Positions 39,367 to 49,141 are shown, counted from the stretch's first letter. The stretch is DNA of 64,000 nucleotides from Cryomorphaceae bacterium (GCA_007695365.1 REDV01000073.1:15004-79003), one strand, 5' to 3'. Numbers and translations: made by a program. Notes: generated from the letters alone by a model not told the origin.

Positions 39367-40311
39367 ATGGAGACGGGAGTAGTCATGAAGTCAACCGGAA
39401 GCTGGTACGACGTGCGCAGCAATGACGGTAAAACCGTGAAATGCAATATTCGCGGAAAAATCCGCCTGAAAGGTCTTCGAACTACCAACCCTGTTGCAGT
39501 GGGCGACAAAGTGCATTTTGAGATGCAGGATGAGGGCACCGGTGTGATTACCGGTATTGAACCCCGCATGAATTATATTGTGCGCCGATCGGTTAATCTG
39601 TCGCGAGCAGCTCATATACTGGCCGCCAATATTGACCAGGCATTGTTGCTGGTAACCTTGAAAGACCCGCTTACCCTGCCCGCTTTTGTAGATCGTTTTT
39701 TGGTAACGGCAGAGGCTTACCATATACCGGCGGTGCTTGTGTTCAATAAGATTGACATTTACACTGAGGCCGAGCTTGATAACTTGCGGGGATTTGCATC
39801 GGTGTATTGGGAGGTGGGTTATCGCTGCCTGGAGGTTTCGGCAGAAACCGGCGAAGGTCTGGAGGCGGTGCGAACACTACTCGCCAACAAGGTAAGCCTG
39901 CTTTCGGGCCATAGCGGAGTAGGCAAGAGCACCTTGGTAAATGCTGTAGATTCCGGTCTCAAACTTCGAACGGCTGCTTTATCTGAGTCTTTTCGTTTGG
40001 GGCAGCACACCACAACCTTTGCTGAAATGCACCCCCTCTCTTTTGGCGGCTACGTGATAGATACTCCCGGAATCAAGGGTTTTGGACTTGTGGATTTCGA
40101 AAAGTCAGAGATTGCTGAACGATTTCCGGAGATGAGAGCCCTGCAGTCAGAATGCAAATTTCATAATTGTGTACACGTGGATGAGCCTCAGTGCGCAGTA
40201 AAGGAGGCGGTAGAGGATGGTCGCATTGCCTGGACCCGCTACGACAGCTATTTGAAACTGTACTTTAACAACGAAGCCGGTGATACTTACCGGCAAAATC
40301 CATACAGCTAA
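39367..40311 (+). CDS. rsgA: Ribosome small-subunit-dependent GTPase RsgA
   Basis: An N-terminal OB fold (KSTGSWYDVRS) is present. The circularly permuted GTPase has NKID before GHSGVGKSTLVN. The C-terminal zinc finger is CKFHNCVHVDEPQCAV. Confidence 0.9.
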   Translation: METGVVMKSTGSWYDVRSNDGKTVKCNIRGKIRLKGLRTTNPVAVGDKVHFEMQDEGTGVITGIEPRMNYIVRRSVNLSRAAHILAANIDQALLLVTLKDPLTLPAFVDRFLVTAEAYHIPAVLVFNKIDIYTEAELDNLRGFASVYWEVGYRCLEVSAETGEGLEAVRTLLANKVSLLSGHSGVGKSTLVNAVDSGLKLRTAALSESFRLGQHTTTFAEMHPLSFGGYVIDTPGIKGFGLVDFEKSEIAERFPEMRALQSECKFHNCVHVDEPQCAVKEAVEDGRIAWTRYDSYLKLYFNNEAGDTYRQNPYS

Positions 40312-40314
40312 TCA

Positions 40315-40767
40315 ATGCGGGCAGTAATACAGCGGGTTGCGGAGGCTTCGGTACAGGTAGAGAACCAAGTAGTAGGTGCCATCGGAAAAGGCTTGCTCAT
40401 ATTGCTGGGTATTGAGCACGATGATGATGAACAGGATGCGGTGTGGCTCGCGGAAAAAATTGCCGCCCTGCGTATTTTCTCTGATACAGAGGGTAAAATG
40501 AATGCTTCCATCGGAGATGTTGAAGGAGAGGCTCTGGTCATCAGCCAGTTTACGCTTCACGCTAAAACAAAAAAAGGAAACCGCCCGTCGTTTATCCGCG
40601 CAGCAAAACCAGACCACGCCGTAGCGATGTACGAGCAATTCGTGGCATACCTGGAAAAATCTCTGGGAAAGCCGGTGCAAACCGGTTCATTTGGAGCGAT
40701 GATGCAGGTGTCGCTGGTGAACCACGGCCCCGTAACCATTTGGATAGATACAAAAAACAAGGAATAG
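40315..40767 (+). CDS. dtd: D-aminoacyl-tRNA deacylase
   Basis: The 150-aa protein starts MRAVIQRV and contains SQFTLHA and the GPVT motif (NHGPVTI). Confidence 0.93.
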   Translation: MRAVIQRVAEASVQVENQVVGAIGKGLLILLGIEHDDDEQDAVWLAEKIAALRIFSDTEGKMNASIGDVEGEALVISQFTLHAKTKKGNRPSFIRAAKPDHAVAMYEQFVAYLEKSLGKPVQTGSFGAMMQVSLVNHGPVTIWIDTKNKE

Positions 40768-40782
40768 ACTAAAAGCAAGAAC

Positions 40783-41115
40783 ATGACAATCAGAGAGAGC
40801 CAGGAAATGGTAGATGAATGGATTAAAACCCATGGTGTGCGATACTTCAGCGAACTCACCAATATGGTAATTCTTACTGAAGAGGTTGGAGAACTGGCGC
40901 GAATTATGGCCCGGCGATACGGTGATCAATCCGAAAAAGAAAGTGACAAGGGTCTGGACATTGGAGATGAAATGGCAGATATCCTGTGGGTTTTGCTCTG
41001 TTTGGCCAATCAATGCAACGTGAATTTAGCCCAGGCTTTTCTGGCTAATTATGAGAAGAAAACGCAGCGCGATATCAATCGGCATAAGAACAACCCGAAG
41101 CTGCGGCCGCAGTAG
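40783..41115 (+). CDS. MazG-type nucleotide pyrophosphohydrolase domain protein
   Basis: The 110-aa protein has the EEVGELARI...E...ELADILWVL EExxE/ExxD helix pattern of the all-alpha NTP-PPase fold. Confidence 0.8.
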   Translation: MTIRESQEMVDEWIKTHGVRYFSELTNMVILTEEVGELARIMARRYGDQSEKESDKGLDIGDEMADILWVLLCLANQCNVNLAQAFLANYEKKTQRDINRHKNNPKLRPQ

Positions 41116-41129
41116 TAAAGGTAGTTAAG

Positions 41130-43019
41130 TTAGTAGGGGAGGATGGCTTCATGATGGAGCTGAAGCTGCATCCAAATGATTTCGAGCGAGTCGGGTGATT
41201 GTTTCCAAAGGTATGCTTTGATCCTCGGATTTGCTCCCTGTGAAGTAGGCAGGCGATGGCCAATAACCATACGCTGCAAAGCTCCGGGCATGCGGTAAAC
41301 AGGATCCAGGTCTCTGCCGTACCAGAAGCTGTTGGATGCCTCGTCTTCGTATTCAATAACAAGGGTTACCCGCGAGGTGTCGGATGTGTAGAAATAGGTA
41401 TCGAGCACCGCCAGTTCGGGTGGTGATTGCTTCAAGTTGTTCAGGTTAAGTTCAATGGGTTTTGAAAATTGCTCGTTTTCTGCAAGAACCACACCCAGGT
41501 TCGGCGGAGAACCGGGCAGTGTATCCGGCATTACCTGCACAGTTGAAACCAAAACTGAGTCGAGCAGAGGCCAACGTCCTGATTCATTTCTTTTTTTGCC
41601 AAACAGATAAGCCCCTGAATTGAAATAATCGTGACGCTCAATCATCTGCGGGTAATTGATACGAATCATCTCAAGCACATCTTCACTCATGCTGTGATTG
41701 CTCCAGCAAAGGGCCACGTAATTATAGGCATCGGCATCAACAACTTTTGCCCACAGGGCTTGCCTGGAAGTATCTGCCGAAAGATTGTATAAGTCAAACC
41801 GGGGTGGAGGATCCATTTGTTGCGCGTAGTGTTGGATATACCAGGGAGAAACTACATTGGCAAGTGCGAGCGTATTTTCCGCACCATATTGTAATTGCCA
41901 TCGGCTCATGTGTTCTGTCAGCTCCCTGAAAACACCAAAGTGATTGCGATTGTAATGCTCGTGAATCCACACAGTATGCCCTGTGGTAATGCCTAAAACC
42001 AACATCGAGATTAATGGGCCTGAAACTGTATTTTGCTGTCCGGCCAGGGGGGAGAAGATCAGCAGAATCAGGAAGGGTGCTGCAAACAGCATCACCGCGT
42101 ATTGGAGAACCGGAAACTTCCATATCGAATAAAAGTAGCCTACCAGAAAGGGAATGACGACCAGCAGCAGAGCAATCAACTGCCATCGGGATGGAGCGAT
42201 GCTGCGGTGCGAAGCGCCCCATCCGGTTGCAGCAGCCAGAATCAAGGCCAGCAACAGCCACCACGATTCATTGGTAATGCGTGTCAATAACCCTTTGGCA
42301 AACCCGGGCTCAGGTGCTGAAAGCCAGTTTCCAACCCCGTCCAGCGAGAGTTGATACAGCGTAATGGGAACATGTGGTAACCACAGAGCAACGGCAATCA
42401 CCAATGCAAGCAGGTATCGGGATGCACTCCGCTTTTTGAGCATAAACAACCCCAAAAAGGCCATTACAACCACCTGAAGAAAACTAAAATAGTGCGTGTA
42501 CATGGCGAGAGTGGCAAAAAGGGCCCCAATCCACACATCGCTGTTGCGGCGACTGCCCACTACCAATCGCGACCAATAGAAGGCCGTACCCATGGTGAAA
42601 AACAGTCCCGGACTGTAAGGTCTGGCCAATTGGCTGTAAAGAATAAAGAACTGAAGTCCGGTGAGGGCTGCCGCGGCTGCCAGACCGGCATTTTTCCCGA
42701 ACCATTCGCGCCCTGTGAGATAGGTGAAGTACACGGCCCCTGTGCCCATCAATGCAAAAGGTATTCGCACCAACCACTCGTGGGTCGTTCCGGTTAAGGC
42801 GGTCCAAAACCACAACAGCAGTTGTGTAAAGGCCGGATGCCCATCCACGCGGATACCCTCGCGAAAGAGCGGGCCAAGGTGGTTGAAATCCAGCCTCGAC
42901 AGCGCGCTCAGCTCATCATTGGAGAAAGAAAAATGAAGGTGATACAGCCTTAGAAAAGTCGCTGTAACCAGGATGACACCCAGCGCCAGGCGGTGATTAA
43001 GCCACGGTGTTTTCAACAC
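41130..43019 (-). CDS. GT-C fold membrane glycosyltransferase (GT39/ArnT/PMT-like) with ~250-aa C-terminal extracytoplasmic domain
   Basis: About 11-12 hydrophobic helices occupy the first ~370 aa. An acidic motif lies in the first loop (FSNDELSALSR). The overall layout is typical of family 39/83 enzymes, but there is no residue-level proof. Confidence 0.65.
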   Translation of the reverse strand: MLKTPWLNHRLALGVILVTATFLRLYHLHFSFSNDELSALSRLDFNHLGPLFREGIRVDGHPAFTQLLLWFWTALTGTTHEWLVRIPFALMGTGAVYFTYLTGREWFGKNAGLAAAAALTGLQFFILYSQLARPYSPGLFFTMGTAFYWSRLVVGSRRNSDVWIGALFATLAMYTHYFSFLQVVVMAFLGLFMLKKRSASRYLLALVIAVALWLPHVPITLYQLSLDGVGNWLSAPEPGFAKGLLTRITNESWWLLLALILAAATGWGASHRSIAPSRWQLIALLLVVIPFLVGYFYSIWKFPVLQYAVMLFAAPFLILLIFSPLAGQQNTVSGPLISMLVLGITTGHTVWIHEHYNRNHFGVFRELTEHMSRWQLQYGAENTLALANVVSPWYIQHYAQQMDPPPRFDLYNLSADTSRQALWAKVVDADAYNYVALCWSNHSMSEDVLEMIRINYPQMIERHDYFNSGAYLFGKKRNESGRWPLLDSVLVSTVQVMPDTLPGSPPNLGVVLAENEQFSKPIELNLNNLKQSPPELAVLDTYFYTSDTSRVTLVIEYEDEASNSFWYGRDLDPVYRMPGALQRMVIGHRLPTSQGANPRIKAYLWKQSPDSLEIIWMQLQLHHEAILPY

Positions 43020-43764
43020 TGGTTCTCTGTTTCAGGCATTCTGCCAGAATGATTCCCGCCGAGACCGAAACGTTGAGTGAGCCTGTTTGACCTGCCATGG
43101 GAATGCGCAGGTGTTGGTCAGAAAGTGCCAGCAGCGCAGGTTGAATACCGGTGTCTTCTGCACCCAAAATGACGCAAGTTGGTTCTGATAGTACACCGTT
43201 GTAGAGTGTTTCAGAGCCTTTTTCGGTGCATGACACCACGCTCAGCCCGCTCTCCTTTAGGTATCGAATGGCTCCCTCCAAATGATCGGTACGGCAAATG
43301 TGAAGGTTGAAAATAGCACCGGCCGAGGCCTTTACTGCATCAGCGTTCAGGGCACCCGCTCCCTTGGTAGGTAACAAGATTGCCTGGGCTCCCATACACT
43401 CGGCCGAACGGCAAATGGCTCCCACATTGCGCACGTCGGTGATGTGATCCAATACTACAACCAAGGGGTTTTTTCCTTCTTCGTACAAATTGGGAATTAC
43501 ATCTTCTATGCGGTGGTAACTCACCGGCGACAGGAAGGCAATGACACCCTGATGATTCTTGCGTGTAACGCGATTAAGCTTTTCAACCGGAACTTTTTGC
43601 ACCGGTATTCTGCGTTGAGATGCGAGTTGAAGAACGTGCTTTGTGTGTTCGGATACTGCACCGCGCAGCACCAGAATTTTGTTGATTTCCTTGCCGCTTT
43701 CCAGTGCTTCGAGCACTGGGTGGTTGCCGAAAATCAGGTCTTTAAAGGGAGTATTAGTTTGCAT
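42997..43764 (-). CDS. rlmB: SpoU/TrmH-family 23S rRNA 2'-O-ribose methyltransferase (RlmB-like)
   Basis: The SpoU substrate-binding N-domain (GNHPVLEAL) is present. Motifs LDHITDVRNVGAICRSAE, VILGAEDTGI and IPMAGQTGSLNVSVSAGIIL are present. The start is set at Met21 (43764), and the stop overlaps the GT-C gene start by 23 nt. Confidence 0.85.
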   Translation of the reverse strand: MQTNTPFKDLIFGNHPVLEALESGKEINKILVLRGAVSEHTKHVLQLASQRRIPVQKVPVEKLNRVTRKNHQGVIAFLSPVSYHRIEDVIPNLYEEGKNPLVVVLDHITDVRNVGAICRSAECMGAQAILLPTKGAGALNADAVKASAGAIFNLHICRTDHLEGAIRYLKESGLSVVSCTEKGSETLYNGVLSEPTCVILGAEDTGIQPALLALSDQHLRIPMAGQTGSLNVSVSAGIILAECLKQRTSVENTVA

Positions 43765-45031
43765 GGATTCGTCCGTTGCGCCAGCTTTCGATAGCCCGGT
43801 ACCACGATGCTTTGTAACTTTCATCGCGGCTAAGCCTGAAATCGTTGTCTGTAAATGGGTTGATTACTTTCACGAAGGTAAATGATAGTGACATGGTATT
43901 GCGATCTTCTCCGTAAATCCATGTTTCACCCCGATCTGTTTTGTGGATGATATTCGGGCGTCCATACACGATGTGAATTAACCCCCGATCTGTTCTCCAA
44001 CCCTCTACGTAAGAGGTAAAAAACCGATTGGCTTCTTCCACCCGACCGTAGTACACTTGTATCATTTCGCGCGCCCGTTCTTTGGACCCCGCGCAGTCCA
44101 ACCAGAATTTTTCAACGGCCAGACGAAGATTACTTCGCTGGCGCATTTCCCTGAACTCCCATTCAGTTGTTACATAGCGCAAGGATTCAAACATTTGCTC
44201 GGTACTTGTAACCAAGGGAAATGGGTCGGGAAAAGTGAAGATACTAAGTCCGGATTTCTGATTTCCGTCTTTAAGTATGTGAAAAAAGCCCGGACGATTC
44301 ACATCCAGGATTGAAAAATCGCTGGTTGCTCGCATGGTAAAAACGCTGTCGGCTTCGTATCGGAAGGGCGGTGGACTGTATGACGAAAAAGGCGGCGGGG
44401 GCAGCGGAAAGTTCCGGTTGTAATACCGCACAGTCATGTCTTTGCTTTCGTTGTTTTTGATGCGTAATCGCATGGGAGTTGTTACGTAGTCTGTATATAG
44501 GGGTATGCGCTGTGCGGTTTCGAACACCAGGAAATTGTGCCGATGGTTGGGATTGAGCTTGTCAATGTCAAACCGCAATTCCTGCGTTTCATTTTTGTTC
44601 ACATCGGTAATTCTCATCACAGCCCTGTACGTGTATCCGCTTCTTATCGAAAGGTTAATAGCGCTGTGCAGGTAGTTGTCGTCCCTGCCCGGGGCGGTAT
44701 CGTTAACCCTCACCAATACGCTGTCAACAGCACGTACCATAGGGCCTTGTGGCGGATAAACTTTCAGGTCAATCACGGCATTGGATTCCATGCGAAAGGT
44801 TTCCATGTTTTGACCCGGGGTGAGGTCAGATGCAGCAATGCGAAGAAAAACGGTTGTGAGGCCTTCTTCCGGATGAAATACCCGGTAATCTGCACGAATG
44901 GGGGTGCGTTCAGAATTGTAAATGTGCGCAAGATTTTCGGAGGAGATGCTCCGCTGCGGAGCGCATCCATGCATCAGCATCAATGCCAGTAAAACTGTGA
45001 ATGAACCAAAAATGATGTGTTTTTTGCGCAT
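43754..45031 (-). CDS. GWxTD domain lipoprotein
   Basis: The lipobox is LMLMHGC. The C-terminal block YVEGWRTDRGLIHIVYGRPN...GETWIYG contains the family-defining GWxTD motif. Confidence 0.7.
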   Translation of the reverse strand: MRKKHIIFGSFTVLLALMLMHGCAPQRSISSENLAHIYNSERTPIRADYRVFHPEEGLTTVFLRIAASDLTPGQNMETFRMESNAVIDLKVYPPQGPMVRAVDSVLVRVNDTAPGRDDNYLHSAINLSIRSGYTYRAVMRITDVNKNETQELRFDIDKLNPNHRHNFLVFETAQRIPLYTDYVTTPMRLRIKNNESKDMTVRYYNRNFPLPPPPFSSYSPPPFRYEADSVFTMRATSDFSILDVNRPGFFHILKDGNQKSGLSIFTFPDPFPLVTSTEQMFESLRYVTTEWEFREMRQRSNLRLAVEKFWLDCAGSKERAREMIQVYYGRVEEANRFFTSYVEGWRTDRGLIHIVYGRPNIIHKTDRGETWIYGEDRNTMSLSFTFVKVINPFTDNDFRLSRDESYKASWYRAIESWRNGRIHAN

Positions 45032-45172
45032 GAATTGTTCGAAACGTTCTTTAGCAATACAACGTGCAACAATCGTGCAAGTTTACACAATAATTGCCGG
45101 ATTTGCCCTCGCTATGAGAAGTCAGGTGCGCTTGTGGATGGCGTTGCAGCATTTCGGGTTGCTAAGAGCTCC

Positions 45173-45799
45173 CTAATTGTTGAGGATTACTACGTAGGTA
45201 CCCGCAGGAATCAAATCGAAAAGTTCGATAATGTCCTGGTTTTTCATTCGCACACAGCCATGTGATGCCGGACGACCAATCAGGCCTTCATCGGGTGTGC
45301 CATGTATCATAATGCCCCGGTTGTATGAGTCACAATCGCCGCCTTTGTTTACACCCGATTCAAGTCCGTCGAGATGCATCACCCTGGTTGTAATGACATC
45401 ACCGGAGCCGGCCTGGGGCTTGTTATTGATGTTAGCAACGCTACCGGTGAATACCTTTTCGCGAATAATACCTAGTACTGGCACGGTGTCGCCTACTTTT
45501 TCGCGTACCTTGTGCAAGCCAACAGGGGTTTGGAAACTTCCTGACTTCTGACCAATGCCTTTACGCGCAGTAGACACAGGAAAGCTCCTAATAACCTCAT
45601 TTCCGCTAATCAAATACAGGCGCTGCTTTTTGGCAGCCACGTACAGGTATGTTTCGAAACGGTGTTCTTTGTATTTGATATCCAGATATTCAGTCAGGAA
45701 CGAGACCATGGCCGATTCTTTCTTGCGCTCCGAAGCCGGATTGGAAGAAGAGAATAGCAACCCACAGAACAGCAGGGTGATGGTGGTGAGCCATTTCAT
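45173..45799 (-). CDS. L,D-transpeptidase (YkuD) domain protein
   Basis: A signal peptide is present. The catalytic block is IMIHGTPDEGLIGRPASHGCVRMKNQDI. Confidence 0.85.
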   Translation of the reverse strand: MKWLTTITLLFCGLLFSSSNPASERKKESAMVSFLTEYLDIKYKEHRFETYLYVAAKKQRLYLISGNEVIRSFPVSTARKGIGQKSGSFQTPVGLHKVREKVGDTVPVLGIIREKVFTGSVANINNKPQAGSGDVITTRVMHLDGLESGVNKGGDCDSYNRGIMIHGTPDEGLIGRPASHGCVRMKNQDIIELFDLIPAGTYVVILNN

Positions 45800-45815
45800 G
45801 CAACAAATTTAGGCA

Positions 45816-47579
45816 TTAGAAGAAGTTCACGAATCCAAAGTGTATTTTACCTCCGCGCAGTTGTATCGGATTTCCAAACTGACTGCCCAGTGCATAGGTC
45901 AACGAAAATATACCTGCTCCGGTTTCGAAGCTGATGCCCGCACCAAATCCATACGGGGTATCGCGCACGTATTCGTTGCGCGTATCGGTTTCGTACCACG
46001 CTCCGTCAAAGAATGCGAAAAGATTGGAGTTTTTCTCAAGCAGAAAACGGTATTCGAGCGTAAAAATGCTGTATGCCGAGGCGAAAATGGACTCCTCGTC
46101 AAAACCCCTGATGGAATGCAATCCGCCAATTCGGTACACTTCATTGATAAACATGGTTTGAGCCTGCAATAGAGCTCCTTTTACACCCAGCATTACTGTA
46201 TTGCGTTTGCCTATAGGAATAAAAGTGCGCGCATTGATTCTTCCGCTCCACTGGGTTGACCGCAGTTCTATGCCTTCGTAGAACGAATCGTCAATTTCAG
46301 GGTTTTTTCGAATGTTTCTGCTTCCGGCTGCTCCCTTCAGAAAAAACTGGTAACCGCGTGTGGGGTTGAATGTGTAGTCGAGGTCCACGAGATTAACCTC
46401 CGCCCCAAAGAGCGTGATGCTCGCGTTTGCAAGACCGTCGCTCGGATTAAAAGACCTTGAAATGACATTGGATTGAGTGGGTTCAACAAAGGCCTGGATA
46501 TAATCCTGTCCTGAAAACATGTACGACACTCCAAGGTGGCCGTTTACCTGTACAAAGGTTGTGTCACGCCTAAACAGGTTAAAGCCCAGGTTCATTCCGA
46601 AAGGAGTGTTGAAGAGATAGGGGTGATCAAAGCGCACCTGGATATCTTGCGTTGCAGTTTGTAGTCGGCGCCAATTGAGTGATATCAGTTCCCCTCGTTT
46701 AAAGGCGTTTTGCACGGCCAGTTTTACATCGCCGGTTATGGTAATGTCGCCGGTCAGTTCATCGGGCTGAAGTCCCAGAATTCCGTCAAAACGGCTGGCT
46801 TTTCGTTCGTTGAGGTAGTACCTCACTTTGGTGAGCTCTTCACCAAAAACCACCTCAGTAGGTTTGAATGCGGTAACAAAAGGCAGTTCAGACAGCATTT
46901 GATCTGCCGCTGCCACTAACCTCTCGTTGTAGATGCTCCCCGGCTTTATTCCTACGTAGTTGTAGAAATATGCGGGGTTGGTTTTGGTGCTGCCGCGTAC
47001 AATTACGCTGTCAATCACTACCAACTGGTTTCGCTCCATGTAGATTCCGGCCGTGATTTTTCCGTTGTCGATGGATACGCTATCCAGCTTAACAGTGGCA
47101 AATGGATACCCGTTGTTCTCGCAATACTCCAAAATGCTTTCAAAGAGCTCGGATACCTGTCGAGGGTTCATGGCGCGCTCATAGAATATCTTATCGCGAA
47201 AACGTATAGATCCCAGTGTAGCTCCGTCTAGATTACCCCTATTGAGCATGGCCCAATCAAAGCGGGGTCCGCTGTGAACATAGGCTATCCACTTGTTTCC
47301 ATATTCGTGGATGCTATCCACCGAAAAACTTAAATGACCCCGTCGAAACATTTCAAACCTGACATCTTGCAGCGCGTTGTACCTGTTGGAACGGTTTTTG
47401 AAGCTGTAAAGACGAACAATATCAGTCGGGAAGGTCCCGGCTGCGTCCACCAATTGCAGGCTGTAACGCGGTTTAGTTTGCGCAAAGGCCATGGTGCTTA
47501 CAGTCAAAAATGCTGCAACAAGCACAAGGTGAAGCAAAAAGCTTCGGTAGAAAAAATCAAGAAAAAAGCTCTTGAGCAT
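45816..47579 (-). CDS. Omp85-family (BamA/TamA/ShlB-like) outer membrane protein with POTRA region
   Basis: It has an N-terminal signal and POTRA-like repeats (NQLVVIDSVIVRGSTKTN). The beta-barrel has YRIGGLHSIRGFDE and a terminal aromatic GKIHFGFVNFF. Confidence 0.8.
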   Translation of the reverse strand: MLKSFFLDFFYRSFLLHLVLVAAFLTVSTMAFAQTKPRYSLQLVDAAGTFPTDIVRLYSFKNRSNRYNALQDVRFEMFRRGHLSFSVDSIHEYGNKWIAYVHSGPRFDWAMLNRGNLDGATLGSIRFRDKIFYERAMNPRQVSELFESILEYCENNGYPFATVKLDSVSIDNGKITAGIYMERNQLVVIDSVIVRGSTKTNPAYFYNYVGIKPGSIYNERLVAAADQMLSELPFVTAFKPTEVVFGEELTKVRYYLNERKASRFDGILGLQPDELTGDITITGDVKLAVQNAFKRGELISLNWRRLQTATQDIQVRFDHPYLFNTPFGMNLGFNLFRRDTTFVQVNGHLGVSYMFSGQDYIQAFVEPTQSNVISRSFNPSDGLANASITLFGAEVNLVDLDYTFNPTRGYQFFLKGAAGSRNIRKNPEIDDSFYEGIELRSTQWSGRINARTFIPIGKRNTVMLGVKGALLQAQTMFINEVYRIGGLHSIRGFDEESIFASAYSIFTLEYRFLLEKNSNLFAFFDGAWYETDTRNEYVRDTPYGFGAGISFETGAGIFSLTYALGSQFGNPIQLRGGKIHFGFVNFF

Positions 47580-47722
47580 AACCTTTCGGGGAAAGCTGCG
47601 TTAAAAGTGCAAATGCCTTACGGCTCAATGTGGATAAAAAATGGAAATTAAACTCAGAACGCAAACATAAAAGTATTAGTTTGCGCTGATTTTGAAAACG
47701 ACGAATATTCAACATCACCACC

Positions 47723-47854
47723 ATGAAACGATTTCTTGCAATTTTCTCTTTAGTGTTGCTGACCGGTGTGCTCGCGAGCTCATGCGGTTCTCAAAAGCAG
47801 GCATGTGCTGCTTATTCCTCAGTAGAGGTGCATACTCCGGCTGACAACAGCTAA
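47723..47854 (+). CDS. Candidate 43-aa lipoprotein (below the ORF-track length cut-off)
   Basis: The ATG at 47723 gives MKRFLAIFSLVLLTGVLASSCGSQKQACAAYSSVEVHTPADNS. This is a textbook signal II peptide plus lipobox (LASSC), and it lies in an otherwise empty 330-nt gap. Confidence 0.4.
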   Translation: MKRFLAIFSLVLLTGVLASSCGSQKQACAAYSSVEVHTPADNS

Positions 47855-47909
47855 TGCCTGCATCCTCTCTTCTGTTGAACAGTCCTTTCCGAAGGAAAAT
47901 GTTTTCCTA

Positions 47910-48323
47910 TCAGCTTTCTGAATAGCGAAATGAGACAGCTTGCTCGATATTCGGATGCAGACTTTTAGCAACAGGGCAGCTTAGCGCACTTTCTTCCAGC
48001 AGCTTTTTTTCCCGGGCAGAATAATGATTGCCCGAAATGGTAATCCCTACCTCTATTTTTTCAATACGCCTTGGCGCTGATGCCATGTGTTTCCATACGT
48101 TGGCACTGGCCGATTGGAACGCAATTCCATGATTTCTGGCAACAATTCCCATCATCGTGAGCATGCAACTTGCCAAAGAGGTTGCCGTTAAATCCGTAGG
48201 CGAGAACGATTCTCCGTTTCCGTTGTTGTCCTTTGGCGCGTCTGTTATTAATACCGTGTCGCTTTGACAGTGAACCGCTGTTGTTCGCAAATTTCCGATG
48301 TAATTTACTCGTGAAGTTTCCAT
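47910..48323 (-). CDS. OsmC/Ohr-family peroxiredoxin-like protein
   Basis: The 137-aa protein has two conserved Cys contexts (LASCMLTM and ALSCPVAKSL). Confidence 0.85.
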   Translation of the reverse strand: METSRVNYIGNLRTTAVHCQSDTVLITDAPKDNNGNGESFSPTDLTATSLASCMLTMMGIVARNHGIAFQSASANVWKHMASAPRRIEKIEVGITISGNHYSAREKKLLEESALSCPVAKSLHPNIEQAVSFRYSES

Positions 48324-48373
48324 ATTCGTTGAATGGTAGATTTCAGGCCCGTAATTTATAACTTTGCATACTC

Positions 48374-49141
48374 ATGACGAAAACTGCGTTTTCCTTAATT
48401 CTCACTGTTTGGCTGGCTGCGGCAATCTCTTTGGTGCAGGCGCAGGAGACACTCTATGAGGAAACCATGGTTGTTTACAAGCAACAATACTACGGGGGTT
48501 TGAACCTCCATACCAGTGGTTGGGGAGCGAATTTTGCCCTGTTAAAAAATCAAACGGCCCACAGAGGAAGGGTGCTCCACCTTGAAATTGTTGGGATGAA
48601 CAGTCACAAGCAAATCAAGAGTTTTAATCCTGTTTATGAAGATGCGCGAGGCTACCATTACGGAAAGCAGTATTCATTTTTTATTGTGCGCCCTTCCTGG
48701 GGGATGAAGAAAGTGATGACCGACAAATACCGTCGAAACGGAGTTGAACTGTCTTATACGTGGTCGGTGGGTCCCTCCCTTGGTTTCGCCAAACCGGTAT
48801 ACCTGGAAATAATGGAAGGGGGCTGGTTTACTCCGGGGCAGATTACAATAGAACGCTACGACGTAGACAGGCATTTCCATGAACATATTTACGGTCGCGC
48901 ATCAGCCCTGGAAGGTTGGGGTGAACTCAGATTGTTTCCCGGGCTGCACGGTAAATTCGGATTTATGTTCGAGTATGCAGCCAATAAAACCGGGCTCAGG
49001 GCACTTGAGGCAGGAGTTGCATTTGATGGTTACGGGCAAGTGATACCGATTATGGCCCTCGAAGGCTCAGAAAATCGTCAGTTTTTTCTGAATTTCTACC
49101 TTAATATATTGTTTGGCAAGAAATACAATGTTACAAAATGA
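48374..49141 (+). CDS. Hypothetical secreted protein, likely outer-membrane beta-barrel
   Basis: A signal peptide (AAISLVQAQ) is present. It shows an alternating aromatic/Gly-rich beta pattern. It is coupled to lipA by an ATGA overlap. Confidence 0.5.
   Translation: MTKTAFSLILTVWLAAAISLVQAQETLYEETMVVYKQQYYGGLNLHTSGWGANFALLKNQTAHRGRVLHLEIVGMNSHKQIKSFNPVYEDARGYHYGKQYSFFIVRPSWGMKKVMTDKYRRNGVELSYTWSVGPSLGFAKPVYLEIMEGGWFTPGQITIERYDVDRHFHEHIYGRASALEGWGELRLFPGLHGKFGFMFEYAANKTGLRALEAGVAFDGYGQVIPIMALEGSENRQFFLNFYLNILFGKKYNVTK

Noticed and set aside
47855-47909. Weak hairpin TCCTT-TCCG-AAGGA between the small lipoprotein ORF and the OsmC-family gene, considered as a terminator.
   Set aside because: The stem is only 5 bp and there is no adjacent T-run. 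That is insufficient to call.
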